Positions 7,920 to 16,435 of a stretch of DNA of 32,000 nt are shown in pieces. Below the pieces are notes generated by a model. That model searched no databases. It had not been told where the DNA came from and was given only the letters and a program-made list of their open reading frames with translations. A program made the position numbers and the translations under genes. How positions within the stretch are numbered: the stretch's first letter is position 1; every line of letters begins with the position of its first letter. The stretch is from Nostoc punctiforme PCC 73102 (lineage in GTDB: Bacteria; Cyanobacteriota; Cyanobacteriia; Cyanobacteriales; Nostocaceae), in assembly GCF_000020025.1 (NCBI RefSeq), contig NC_010628.1, positions 3,150,001 to 3,182,000 on the forward strand, read 5' to 3'.

Positions 7920-9068
7920 TTAGTCAAATGTAAATATTTTGCAATCTACGAGATATGGGGAATTGAATGTAGTCATTTCCCCAGCTTTTTTGTTTGGAAT
8001 TGGAAATAATCTAGCTGAGAGTGGTTTATCTAACTTGATGGCTAAAGTTGCCATATCAATTAATAAAGCTGCAATTTTTTCTATCGTTATATCACCCGGA
8101 ATCGGAACTGTATCCAGTCCACAACCACAAACTGCTGAATATAATAATAAATTTGTAATATCATAAGTTTGCTCATTAGCTCTGGTAGCCAGTCCCACAT
8201 CTTCACAAACTGGAAGCATCAGCCCAGAGTAACCACAGATTTTTACTGATACATTTTTCAGTACACGAGTCAGCATACCAGAAACGCTGAGAGTTCCAGA
8301 ATGTCCAAACTTACCATTAATCAATTTTTCATAAGCAAAAGCAATACTGTTTTTCTTATTCAAGGATGGGGCTAGAGAGTTATCGATTCCTGTATATGTA
8401 ACGGCGAATCTATCAGATATTTTTTCGGCAATAACCGCGACTTGATTTAATTCAGATTCTAAAAGTAATTGCAGGTTTTGCTCTCCTGTTATCATATTTT
8501 TAGCTTGTGAAAATGCTTGCATTACCAAGTCACCTAACTCTAAACCTATAGCGAAAGATGTATTGCCTCTATGGTAGGCTGTAGGAAAAAATGGGATACC
8601 TGGCTGACAGTTTGCCCATGCACAAAAACGAAAATTACCATAACCATTTTCACTTTCTTGGGAAATACGTTTAATAACTTTAGCGGATTCCCTAGCATTC
8701 TCAAAATTGATGCCAGTTTCACTGTCGCCAATTCTGCTAGAGCAATAAATAATCGATGTATTTTTGTTGATATCTGGAATGATATCTATGGTTTCAGGTT
8801 TGCTGGCATAACCAATATTGAAAAAGCTGATATTCAGACTTTGGCAAAGTTGTTCTAGAGTTTGAATTTCATTGATAATTTCGATTTTTGATAAGTCTTG
8901 TAGATATTCTTCCCAGGTATTAGTGGCGATTCTAGTTGTTTGTACTTCGTATCCTTGTTTTTCAAAGAAAATCTTTGCTTGCTGATTAAAGTCAGCAGCT
9001 TGCTTAATTGTTTCCCGATCTTGTAAAGATTGAAGTGATATACCTGTTGTGATAGTTCTGATTTTCAT
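7920..9068 (-). CDS. DUF711 (UPF0210) family protein
   Basis: 382 aa beginning MKIRTITTGISL, the conserved DUF711 N-terminal block. The function is unknown. Its stop lies 5 nt from the stop of the convergent dioxygenase gene. Confidence 0.7.
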   Translation of the reverse strand: MKIRTITTGISLQSLQDRETIKQAADFNQQAKIFFEKQGYEVQTTRIATNTWEEYLQDLSKIEIINEIQTLEQLCQSLNISFFNIGYASKPETIDIIPDINKNTSIIYCSSRIGDSETGINFENARESAKVIKRISQESENGYGNFRFCAWANCQPGIPFFPTAYHRGNTSFAIGLELGDLVMQAFSQAKNMITGEQNLQLLLESELNQVAVIAEKISDRFAVTYTGIDNSLAPSLNKKNSIAFAYEKLINGKFGHSGTLSVSGMLTRVLKNVSVKICGYSGLMLPVCEDVGLATRANEQTYDITNLLLYSAVCGCGLDTVPIPGDITIEKIAALLIDMATLAIKLDKPLSARLFPIPNKKAGEMTTFNSPYLVDCKIFTFD

Positions 9069-9378
9069 TGGTATAACTCATTATTGATAAGCTTAATCAA
9101 AGTTTTAGTCAATATTTATACTAAATCTAACTGTAAAACCTGGAGTGTACAATATTCAATTGCATGAATATCGCCGATAAAATTTACGGGGTTTGTTCAT
9201 TTTAATTCACTGCAAATCCGAAATGAACCAAAGCCACGCTGAATACTTAGAATATTAAGAGTGAGTGGATAGGTTAGGCTACGAAGCAAGCTTGCTGGAA
9301 TTCAACTAACTGAATCAACCAAACAAATGTATGAATGAAGAATTTTACAATAGAGGATTGGAAAAGGCTAGGCGAAAA

Positions 9379-9414
9379 GACTACGCCCAGCAATTCTCAT
9401 CATGAGAATGATTA
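9379..9414. repeat. Left target-site duplication (GACTACGCC, 9379-9387) plus the left terminal inverted repeat
   Basis: The left IR reads CAGCAATTCTCATCATGAGAATGATTA. Its first 23 nt match the reverse complement of the right end at 22 of 23 positions. Confidence 0.85.
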
Positions 9415-11027
9415 TAACTATCATTAGCATCTATGCAAAATTTTCAGTTAAAGGTATGGTTTTTGTATCTCAATACTCGCGAACGCAGGAGCTTTTTTGA
9501 ATCAGCCAGGAATTTTTGACGAAATAGTACAATACTTTCAGTCAATCCTGAAAGATTTACCTGATAAGCGAACAGGCAAAAACAAACGCTATCAAATGAG
9601 TGATGCAGCATTAAGCGCATTCTCCATATTTTTTACTCAGAGTCCTTCTTTTCTTGCCCATCAAAGGTCAATGGCACATAGTAAGGGACATAATAATGCT
9701 CAAAGCTTGTTTGGGGTACACCAAATTCCAAGCGATAACCATATCCGAGATTTACTTGATGAGATAGAACCAACCGTTGTGTTTCCGGTGTTTACCAAGA
9801 TTTTCAAAGCATTAGAGAATGGTAAACACTTATCAAAATTTCGTTCTTTTAAAAATAATTTGCTGATAGCTCTAGATGGAACAGAATATTTTTGCTCCAA
9901 TGAAATTCACTGTGAACACTGTTCGAGCAGAACTTTTAAAAACGGAACAACTCAGTATTTTCATACTGTGGTGACACCAGTAATTGTTTGTCCTAGTAAT
10001 TCTCAAGTAATCCCGTTAATACCAGAGTTTGTTGTCCCTCAAGACGGATATCAAAAGCAGGATTGTGAGAATGCGGCAGCAAAACGTTGGATTCAGAAAT
10101 ATGCCAAACAGTATGCATCTCTTGGTATTACCATTTTAGGAGATGATCTTTATTGCCATCAACCTTTATGTGAATTATTACTACAAGAAAAACTAAATTT
10201 CATTCTAGTGTGTCGGTCTAAATCCCATAAAACACTTTATGAATGGTTAGAAGGAATGCCCCTTGATACATTTAGTGTCAAACATTGGAAGGGCAAAGTC
10301 TATGAGATTTATACCTACCGTTATGTCAACCAAATTCCTTTACGGAATAGCGAGGATGCTTTATTAGTAAACTGGTGTGAATTGGCCATTACTCGCTCTG
10401 ATGGGACTATAATCTACAAAATACCTTTGCGACAAATCATCGAATCACAGATATTAATGTTGAGGCGATTGTGTCAGATGGTCGCAGCAGATGGAAAATA
10501 GAAAACGAAAATAATAACACTCTTAAAACCAAAGGTTACAACTTAGAACATAATTTCGGACATGGGAAAACGCATTTATCCTCCCTATTAGCAACCTTTA
10601 ATATCCTTGCATTTCTGTTTCATACTCTACTTGACATTATAGATGAGAAATACCAATTTATCCGCCAGCATTTACCAACACGCAAGACCTTCTTTGATGA
10701 TTTACGCGCCTTAACTCGTTATCTTTATTTTGATAGTTGGGAAAGTCTGCTTAACTTTATGATCCACGGACTGGAATTAGAATTTCATCCCAACACAAGC
10801 TGAAAATTCATCTTACTTTTTGAGAATACTTACAACTCCGTGTAATACATGGAATTAGCTTGAATTGCCATGTATTACTTGGTAGTTCATTGTGTCTAAA
10901 AATCTGTTTGAAGTAGCCACTCCTAGTTCAAATTTATCATTCAGCAGAATTCTCAACGTCTCCCAGGCTTCATCGGTTAGTTTCGCTCTTAACATATTGA
11001 TAACCATTCTCATAATGAGAATTGCTG
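9388..11027 (+). mobile_element. 1640-bp IS element (IS4-superfamily-like DDE transposase) with a 9-bp TSD
   Basis: It has terminal inverted repeats and a flanking direct repeat GACTACGCC. The internal transposase has DDE-type blocks LIALDGTEYF, ILGDDLYCHQ and SDGRSRWKIENE. A 9-bp duplication is consistent with the IS4 family. Confidence 0.85.
9497..10803 (+). pseudogene. DDE transposase, frameshifted (two ORFs, 9497..10501 and 10471..10803)
   Basis: ORF1 ends in ...DGTIIYKIPLRQ... and runs to a stop. The -1 frame reads NTFATNHRITDINVEAIVSDGRSRWKIENE from 10420. That frame is open only from 10402, so the shift maps to the A4 run at 10418-10421. One extra A would give ...IIYKNTFATNH... in a single ORF of about 436 aa. 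The start is TTG. Confidence 0.8.
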
Positions 11028-11036
11028 GACTACGCC
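11001..11036. repeat. Right terminal inverted repeat plus the right target-site duplication (GACTACGCC, 11028-11036)
   Basis: The right end reads ...TAACCATTCTCATAATGAGAATTGCTG, immediately followed by GACTACGCC. Confidence 0.85.
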
Positions 11037-12248
11037 GGAGCAATTGAGGAATTTAGCCATGCTTTACAACTGACACCTTACTTTGCCGAAGCTTACTTGC
11101 AAAGGGGTTTAGCATATTATGACTCAGGAGCAATCCTTAAGGCTGTTTCAGATTATACCGAAGCCCTGAAGCTGAATCCTGAGAGTGTAGAGGCGTATTA
11201 TTGTCGTGGATTGGCTAGGGTGGCGCTGAAAAATTTACCAGGGGCGCTGGAAGATGTTGAACGCGCTATTCGTCTCAATCTCAATTATGCTGCGGCTTAT
11301 AATCTGCGAGGGATGGTGCGGCGCAAACAAGGTTATGTTCAAGATGCGATCGCTAACTTTAAAAAAGCAGCACAATTATATCTAGAACAACAGGATAAAG
11401 AAAACTGTCGCCTGTGTCTGGAACGAATTAAACAGCTACAACCCCAAGAATTACCTGTTTTACAACAATCACGTTCCCCAAATGCACCGATTTTATCAAC
11501 CAATGATTATTTCACCCAGTTATTAGAAAAAGCTGAAAAGGGAGATACTCAAGAGGCACTGGCCGATTTAAACTGGGTATTGAAAGCCGATTCGCAAGAT
11601 GCCCAAGCTTACTGCTGTCGTGGGGTTGTGCGTTGTAAAATGGGAGATTATCGAGAAGCGATCGCAGATTTTAATCAAGCATTGCGACTAAATTTCCAAG
11701 ATGCCATTGTCTATCGTAACCGAGGTAAAGCCCGTTCTATATTGGGAGATCATCAAGGTGCGATCGCGGATCTTAATCAAGCACTCCAGATGCAACCACA
11801 AGATGCGTTAGTTTATATTGCCAGAGGTAATGCCTATCGGAGTACAGGTAACTATCTCGGTGCTATTCAAGATTACACCCAAGCGCTGCAAATAAATCCT
11901 GATGATGCTCAAGCTTACTACAATCGTGGCATTGCCTATACTTGTTTAGAAGAAATGCAAAATGCCGTGGAAGATTATCAACGGGCGGCGAGTATTTTTT
12001 GCGAACAAGAAGACTGGGGAAATTATCAACAAGTTTTAAGTAGCCTAGAAAAAATCCAGAAATTTAGTCCACAGTCAAAAAAGCAAAAATATAACTTGCT
12101 ACATCAGCGACTTTTGCAAATGGTTGGGGGATATTGGGAAATTGCCGAAAGATTGATTCAGCAGAAACAGGATTACCATCCTGGGATGTCAGACGAGTGG
12201 TATTTGCAAAAAGTGATTGATGATTTAGAACGCGATCGCGGTAGATAA
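11022..12248 (+). CDS. Residual TPR-repeat ORF (N-terminally truncated; the putative TTG start lies inside the IS right end)
   Basis: 408-aa ORF with repeated TPR units (AEAYLQRGLAYYDSG, VEAYYCRGLA, AAAYNLRGMV, AQAYCCRGVV, AIVYRNRGKA, ALVYIARGNA, AQAYYNRGIAY). It could only be expressed from an IS-internal or outward-reading promoter. Confidence 0.55.
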   Translation: MLDYAGAIEEFSHALQLTPYFAEAYLQRGLAYYDSGAILKAVSDYTEALKLNPESVEAYYCRGLARVALKNLPGALEDVERAIRLNLNYAAAYNLRGMVRRKQGYVQDAIANFKKAAQLYLEQQDKENCRLCLERIKQLQPQELPVLQQSRSPNAPILSTNDYFTQLLEKAEKGDTQEALADLNWVLKADSQDAQAYCCRGVVRCKMGDYREAIADFNQALRLNFQDAIVYRNRGKARSILGDHQGAIADLNQALQMQPQDALVYIARGNAYRSTGNYLGAIQDYTQALQINPDDAQAYYNRGIAYTCLEEMQNAVEDYQRAASIFCEQEDWGNYQQVLSSLEKIQKFSPQSKKQKYNLLHQRLLQMVGGYWEIAERLIQQKQDYHPGMSDEWYLQKVIDDLERDRGR

Positions 12249-12336
12249 AATATGAAGGAGACAAGAGGCAGGAGGAAAACTGGCCTCTGCAAAAACTATT
12301 TTCATTCATAAATACCACTAGCTATACACATAAATA

Positions 12337-12358
12337 CACCCGTACATTTGTACGGGTG
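12337..12358. terminator. Bidirectional stem-loop between the convergent TPR and radical-SAM genes
   Basis: CACCCGTAC-attt-GTACGGGTG forms a perfect 9-bp stem. A/T-rich runs flank it on both sides. Confidence 0.55.
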
Positions 12359-12402
12359 AAAATGCGATCAATCACTTGCGATTGGCTTATGCGTTACCAC
12401 CT

Positions 12403-14001
12403 TTAACTAACTACCGCTTCAGCTTTTTCCTCGGCTTTTTCCTTGACTAGCACATAAGGCTGTTCTGCACCTTGTGCTAAATATTCAGCTAGCTGACTTT
12501 CAATTTGATCGCGTACAATTTGCCGATACTCTAGAAAATGCTCGTTGTGGGCGCAAGCAGAGATGTAATGCTCAATCACTCCAGGGTTACGCTTGAGAAT
12601 GCTAAACAAATGGTGCCAGAATTTCCAACGGGTTTCCCGTTTGATTCCTTGTCGCCAAATTACAATCAGCAACGCTTTTACAACCACCCACTCTGGCATT
12701 TTTGCTGGCGCTTTCCAACTCGGCAAACCCATCATCAAGAAACAGCGATAGGTACGATCCAAGTACTGCACTGGGTCGTATAAAGTACAAAATGCTTCAA
12801 TATATTCTCGTGCAAGTTCTTCTAGCGGACGGGTGGGCAAGAAGTTCATCAATGTTGTCTGGTTGATGTTGCCATCTTGATTTTCCCGCAGTCGTCCTTC
12901 TTTTTTCAGGCGATGCCAAAGCGCGGTGTTAGGTAACGCTTGCAACATTGCAAAGGTAGTAGAAGGAATAGCTGCTTGTTCAGCAAAGCGGACAATGCGA
13001 TCGCCTGCGCCTGCTTTTTCGCCATCAAAGCCGATAATAAACCCAGCCATTGGGCGCAATCCCGCTTTAATGATGGTTTCCACTGCCTCAGTTAGAGAAC
13101 TGCGAGTATTTTGAAACTTCTTGGTCATTTGCAAACTATCCTCATCCGGCGTTTCGATTCCCAAAAACACCGCCGAGAAACCACACTCAACCATCAACTC
13201 CAACATTTCTGCATCTTGTGCCAAGTCAATTGAAGCTTCAGTGTCAAATCGGAAGGGATACTTGTGTTCTGCCATCCAGACTTTTAACTCTTTCAGCAAC
13301 AATTTTACATTTCGTTTGTTGCCAATAAAGTTGTCATCCACCATGAACACACCCCGCCGCCAACCCAATTCATAGAGGTAATCTAATTCTGCTAAAAGTT
13401 GGGCTGGGGCTTTGGTGCGTGGTTTGCGCCCGTAGAGAACAATAATGTCACAAAATTCGCACTGGAAGGGACACCCGCGCGAAAACTGCACCGACATCAT
13501 GTCATAAGCATTCAGTTCTAATAAATCAAAGCGGGGTATTGGCGTGCTTGTGACATCAGGTTTTTCTGTGGCGCGGAAAGTTCCAGAAGTTTCACCCCGT
13601 TGAATTGCCTCAATAAACATGGGCAAAGTGATTTCCCCTTCATCCAAAATCAGAAAATCTGCGCCAACATTTTCAACTTCGTGAGGTACAGAGGTGGGGT
13701 AGGGACCGCCGACTGCGACTAACTTGCCACGTTTTTTGGCTTCCTGGATTTGCTCAAGTAAATCTTGTTTCTGGACAATCATCGCAGAGAGAATTACTAC
13801 ATCTGCCCATGCCCATTCTTCTTCGGTTGCTGCGCGGATGTTGCGATCTACCAGCTTGAACTCCCATTCTTGGGGCAGAATAGCGGCTACTGTTACTAAA
13901 CCCAGAGGTGGTAATAAAACTTTGCGATCGACTAACTCTAAGATTTTTTCATAAGACCAAAAAGTTTTAGGAAATATTGGATACACTAACAAGATTCGCA
14001 T
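12403..14001 (-). CDS. B12-binding domain radical SAM protein with a DUF4070-type C-terminal region (HpnP-like architecture; substrate unknown)
   Basis: 532 aa. The N-terminal MRILLVYPIFPKTFWSY...PPLGLVTVAAILP is a B12-binding-domain block. The radical SAM cluster motif is CPFQCEFCD. A long C-terminal extension follows. Confidence 0.85.
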   Translation of the reverse strand: MRILLVYPIFPKTFWSYEKILELVDRKVLLPPLGLVTVAAILPQEWEFKLVDRNIRAATEEEWAWADVVILSAMIVQKQDLLEQIQEAKKRGKLVAVGGPYPTSVPHEVENVGADFLILDEGEITLPMFIEAIQRGETSGTFRATEKPDVTSTPIPRFDLLELNAYDMMSVQFSRGCPFQCEFCDIIVLYGRKPRTKAPAQLLAELDYLYELGWRRGVFMVDDNFIGNKRNVKLLLKELKVWMAEHKYPFRFDTEASIDLAQDAEMLELMVECGFSAVFLGIETPDEDSLQMTKKFQNTRSSLTEAVETIIKAGLRPMAGFIIGFDGEKAGAGDRIVRFAEQAAIPSTTFAMLQALPNTALWHRLKKEGRLRENQDGNINQTTLMNFLPTRPLEELAREYIEAFCTLYDPVQYLDRTYRCFLMMGLPSWKAPAKMPEWVVVKALLIVIWRQGIKRETRWKFWHHLFSILKRNPGVIEHYISACAHNEHFLEYRQIVRDQIESQLAEYLAQGAEQPYVLVKEKAEEKAEAVVS

Positions 14002-14240
14002 GTAGTATCAATCCTCACACTTTGATTGTTATCCCACTCTAACGAAAATAAAGAGCTATTGACTTTTTATTAAAGTTGTTTTATCTTACCACCGATATTT
14101 TTCCCTTTAATTAATGGGCTGCTAGCGACTGGGATTCTTGCAGCTAATCGGCAAAAAGAAAAGCATGTTGAAACAGGAATCAGGAGATTTCTGGTTTCTC
14201 TAACTACCACCCGGCTGTAAACTAAATTCATATCAGTAGA

Positions 14241-14338
14241 ACTTAAGCCAATACGGTTCAGAGACGCGATTTATCGCGTCTTTGCGATCTAGGGCGTGTC
14301 ATCAAAAAACCTTATCCGAACCATATTGGGACTTAGGC
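14241..14338. repeat. Nested hairpin repeat containing the GACGCGAT-tt-ATCGCGTC core
   Basis: The outer arms are CCAATACGGTTC and GAACCATATTGG. The inner palindrome AGACGCGATTTATCGCGTCT lies at 14262-14281. The same core recurs at 25593-25612 and 30985-31004. Confidence 0.75.
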
Positions 14339-14588
14339 AACTGTCATAGGCGATCGCCTGTGTGTTAAATATTATCACTAAAATCTGTAAAGAATTTAAT
14401 CGTTTAAAATCCTGAATAGATATCCAAACCTTTGATTTAAAGGCTTTACAGACTGATATTATCACCATCTACTAATTATATTTCTTGAAAAAGACTCCAC
14501 ACTTATAAGAAATATTCTCATTTAGCTGTATCGTAAAAATAGAAGCAAATTAGAAAAGAAGTGTAGTGCTTCAGAATAAATCAATCAG

Positions 14589-15302
14589 ATGATCGCACGA
14601 TGGCTCCCAAAAGCTTTTGCACAAAGTTTCAAGATTCTCCTTGCCGTTACATTTATCAGTACTACATTTGCTGTGGTTGCATCCGAAGATAAGTCCAGTT
14701 ACGGTAATCAACCTAACCTACTTCAAACTGAGATTACACAGCAGGATCTCAAAATCATTGAGCAATTAGTAGCTATTGCTGAACGCAACTCAGCCCAAGT
14801 GTTAGAAACAAAAGCTGCAATGGGATTAAATGCTTTTAGGGATGTCGTAGCTATCGAATTATCTCCGGGTCTAACTACAGTTTCAACATCACCCAATTCC
14901 CCATCTGAACGCTCAAATAGCTTTTCCTTAACCGTCACAGTTGACCCGATTAAATTCATCAGTACTTTTCAACAACTTCCTGTTTTACGAGCTCGTTGGC
15001 AGGAAGCTAGACAACAAAAAAGGTTAGCTATCATACAATACTATGTTGCTTATCTCCAAGCGCGTCAAGCAGCTTTAATTGCCACTTATCAAATACAAAA
15101 ATTTACTGGAGGCTCAGGTATTGCTAGCCTTTATTCCCAAGCAACTTTTCCTAAGAATGTCAATCATCTTGCTAATCCTGATTACGTTGCAGCTGCAACG
15201 TCTACGTTAGAAGCAAACACACGCGAACGATTGACATTGGAAGAACTGGCAGCTTGTGTCGGCTTATCTTTGCAAGAAATGACCGTTATCATTAGCAAAT
15301 AA
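14589..15302 (+). CDS. Hypothetical exported protein
   Basis: 237-aa ORF with a hydrophobic N-terminal signal-like segment (FKILLAVTFISTTFAVVASE). The C-terminal half is Q/A-rich and helical. I recognise no family. Confidence 0.5.
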   Translation: MIARWLPKAFAQSFKILLAVTFISTTFAVVASEDKSSYGNQPNLLQTEITQQDLKIIEQLVAIAERNSAQVLETKAAMGLNAFRDVVAIELSPGLTTVSTSPNSPSERSNSFSLTVTVDPIKFISTFQQLPVLRARWQEARQQKRLAIIQYYVAYLQARQAALIATYQIQKFTGGSGIASLYSQATFPKNVNHLANPDYVAAATSTLEANTRERLTLEELAACVGLSLQEMTVIISK

Positions 15303-15313
15303 TAGATATTTTC

Positions 15314-16270
15314 TCAATCAGCACGTTCAACGCCACTAATTTTTAAAACATCACTCATGGTTGCACAATAATTTGGCAAGCCAAAACTATTAGGATTTAT
15401 GAATTTTTCATAAGTGAAATGCCGATAGTTCATACAAAATCTATCCCAAGCAGCCATTTGAATACGAAATAGAACAATAATCAAATTAGCCAATGCTATA
15501 GAGATGGGAATGCGAAAGTAAATCTTTTTGCCCAGATAAGCACAAACTTGTTCTACTGCTTGATTAGCAGTTAACGGTGCTTGGCCCAAAACCAGCCGAC
15601 GTGGTTGATCGTTCTCGGCAGTATGATCGATTAAATACCGCACTACAGTGGCAATATCTTGTGCGTGGATAAAGTGAAAACTGCCATCTGCTTCCAAAAA
15701 GCGAATCACATTAATATATTTCGTCACTTCTGGAATACCAGATGTGACAGCAGAATAAGGTTTATTCGCATCACCGCCCAATACTACAGTCGGAAAAACT
15801 GTGGTAATTTTGGGTGCGATCGCTAATTTTTCTTTTTTTTGTAAGCACTCATATTTGGAACGGATGTAATCTGTCCCAATTTCCCCGGCTTCTTTTAATG
15901 GTTGATTGTGGCGATCCAAAACGCTAGCTGTCGAAAAATAAATCACCTGCTGGCAACGTTCTGGATCTAGCAGTTCCAGTAACTCTATAGTCTTGACGAC
16001 ATTAATATCAAATGTCTCATCACCACCCCAAGCTGTGGCAGTGAGTACTGCCGTATCAATTGTGGATAGCAAATCGGCAAACTGGCGAATATTTTGCATA
16101 TCACCTTGTAAAACGTTGATACCTGAACGGGCTTTAGTATCAACTTGCAGTTTGCTTGGGTTCCTAACTAGCAGATACAGTTCGTGATCTGTTTCTTTAA
16201 TTAAGGCTTCTGTTAAATAATGACCTACACAACCACTTGCACCAGTCACTAAAATCCGTTTCTGGCTCAT
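15314..16270 (-). CDS. NAD(P)-dependent epimerase/dehydratase-family (extended SDR) oxidoreductase
   Basis: The Rossmann motif ILVTGASGCVGHYL lies at the N-terminus. The 318-aa length is typical of extended SDRs. Confidence 0.8.
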   Translation of the reverse strand: MSQKRILVTGASGCVGHYLTEALIKETDHELYLLVRNPSKLQVDTKARSGINVLQGDMQNIRQFADLLSTIDTAVLTATAWGGDETFDINVVKTIELLELLDPERCQQVIYFSTASVLDRHNQPLKEAGEIGTDYIRSKYECLQKKEKLAIAPKITTVFPTVVLGGDANKPYSAVTSGIPEVTKYINVIRFLEADGSFHFIHAQDIATVVRYLIDHTAENDQPRRLVLGQAPLTANQAVEQVCAYLGKKIYFRIPISIALANLIIVLFRIQMAAWDRFCMNYRHFTYEKFINPNSFGLPNYCATMSDVLKISGVERAD

Positions 16271-16360
16271 AGAAAATTTTTTAAAAGTAAGGAGTTAAAA
16301 CTAAAGAGTTAAGAATAAAGTTAAAAGTTCCGAATTGCAACTGATAACTTATAACTCTGA

Positions 16361-16426
16361 AAATTTTAGATTTTGAATTTTGGATTTTGGATTGAAAGAA
16401 AAATCTAAAATCTAAAATCTAAAATT
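16361..16426. repeat. Heptamer tandem repeats arranged as a long imperfect hairpin
   Basis: The left arm is AATTTTAGATTTTGAATTTTGGATTTTGGATT. The right arm is AAATCTAAAATCTAAAATCTAAAATT, built from AAAATCT units. The element lies 10 nt downstream of the hemE stop. Confidence 0.8.
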
Positions 16427-16435
16427 GTATGACTC

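Larger units (their letters stand above)
9331..12248 (+). pseudogene. TPR-repeat protein gene interrupted at codon 19 by an IS element
   Basis: 9331-9387 encodes MNEEFYNRGLEKARRKDYA. The same frame resumes after the IS as (DYA)GAIEEFSHALQLTPYFAEAY..., followed by multiple TPR units. Removing 9388-11036 restores one ORF of about 422 aa. Confidence 0.85.

Noticed and set aside
7939-8858. ORFs 7939..8166 (+), 8546..8731 (-) and 8571..8858 (+) within the DUF711 gene
   Set aside because: These are internal or antisense shadow ORFs in a very AT-rich gene, and they have no motifs.
10411-10425. Programmed -1 ribosomal frameshifting in the transposase
   Set aside because: The run is only four A residues with no A6G-type slippery heptamer and no obvious downstream structure. 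This transposase type is not known to me to use frameshifting, so a mutation or sequencing error is more parsimonious.
12538-13954. Several plus-strand ORFs (12538..12783, 12926..13114, 13121..13375, 13724..13954) and the minus-strand ORF 12602..12790
   Set aside because: They lie entirely inside the radical SAM gene, either antisense or out of frame. They have low-complexity R/S/P-rich translations and no recognisable motifs, so they are shadow ORFs.
14002-14240. A possible cobalamin riboswitch upstream of the B12-dependent radical SAM gene
   Set aside because: I looked on the minus strand for the B12-box (AGCCAGGAGACCTGCC-like) and for the GGTG..AATCC..GCCACTG core in the proper order. Only scattered fragments appear, and they are in the wrong order.
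16361-16426. A CRISPR-like appearance of the regularly spaced short repeats
   Set aside because: The units are 7 nt, contiguous and without spacers. No cas genes are present. This is an STRR-like heptamer tract, not a CRISPR array.
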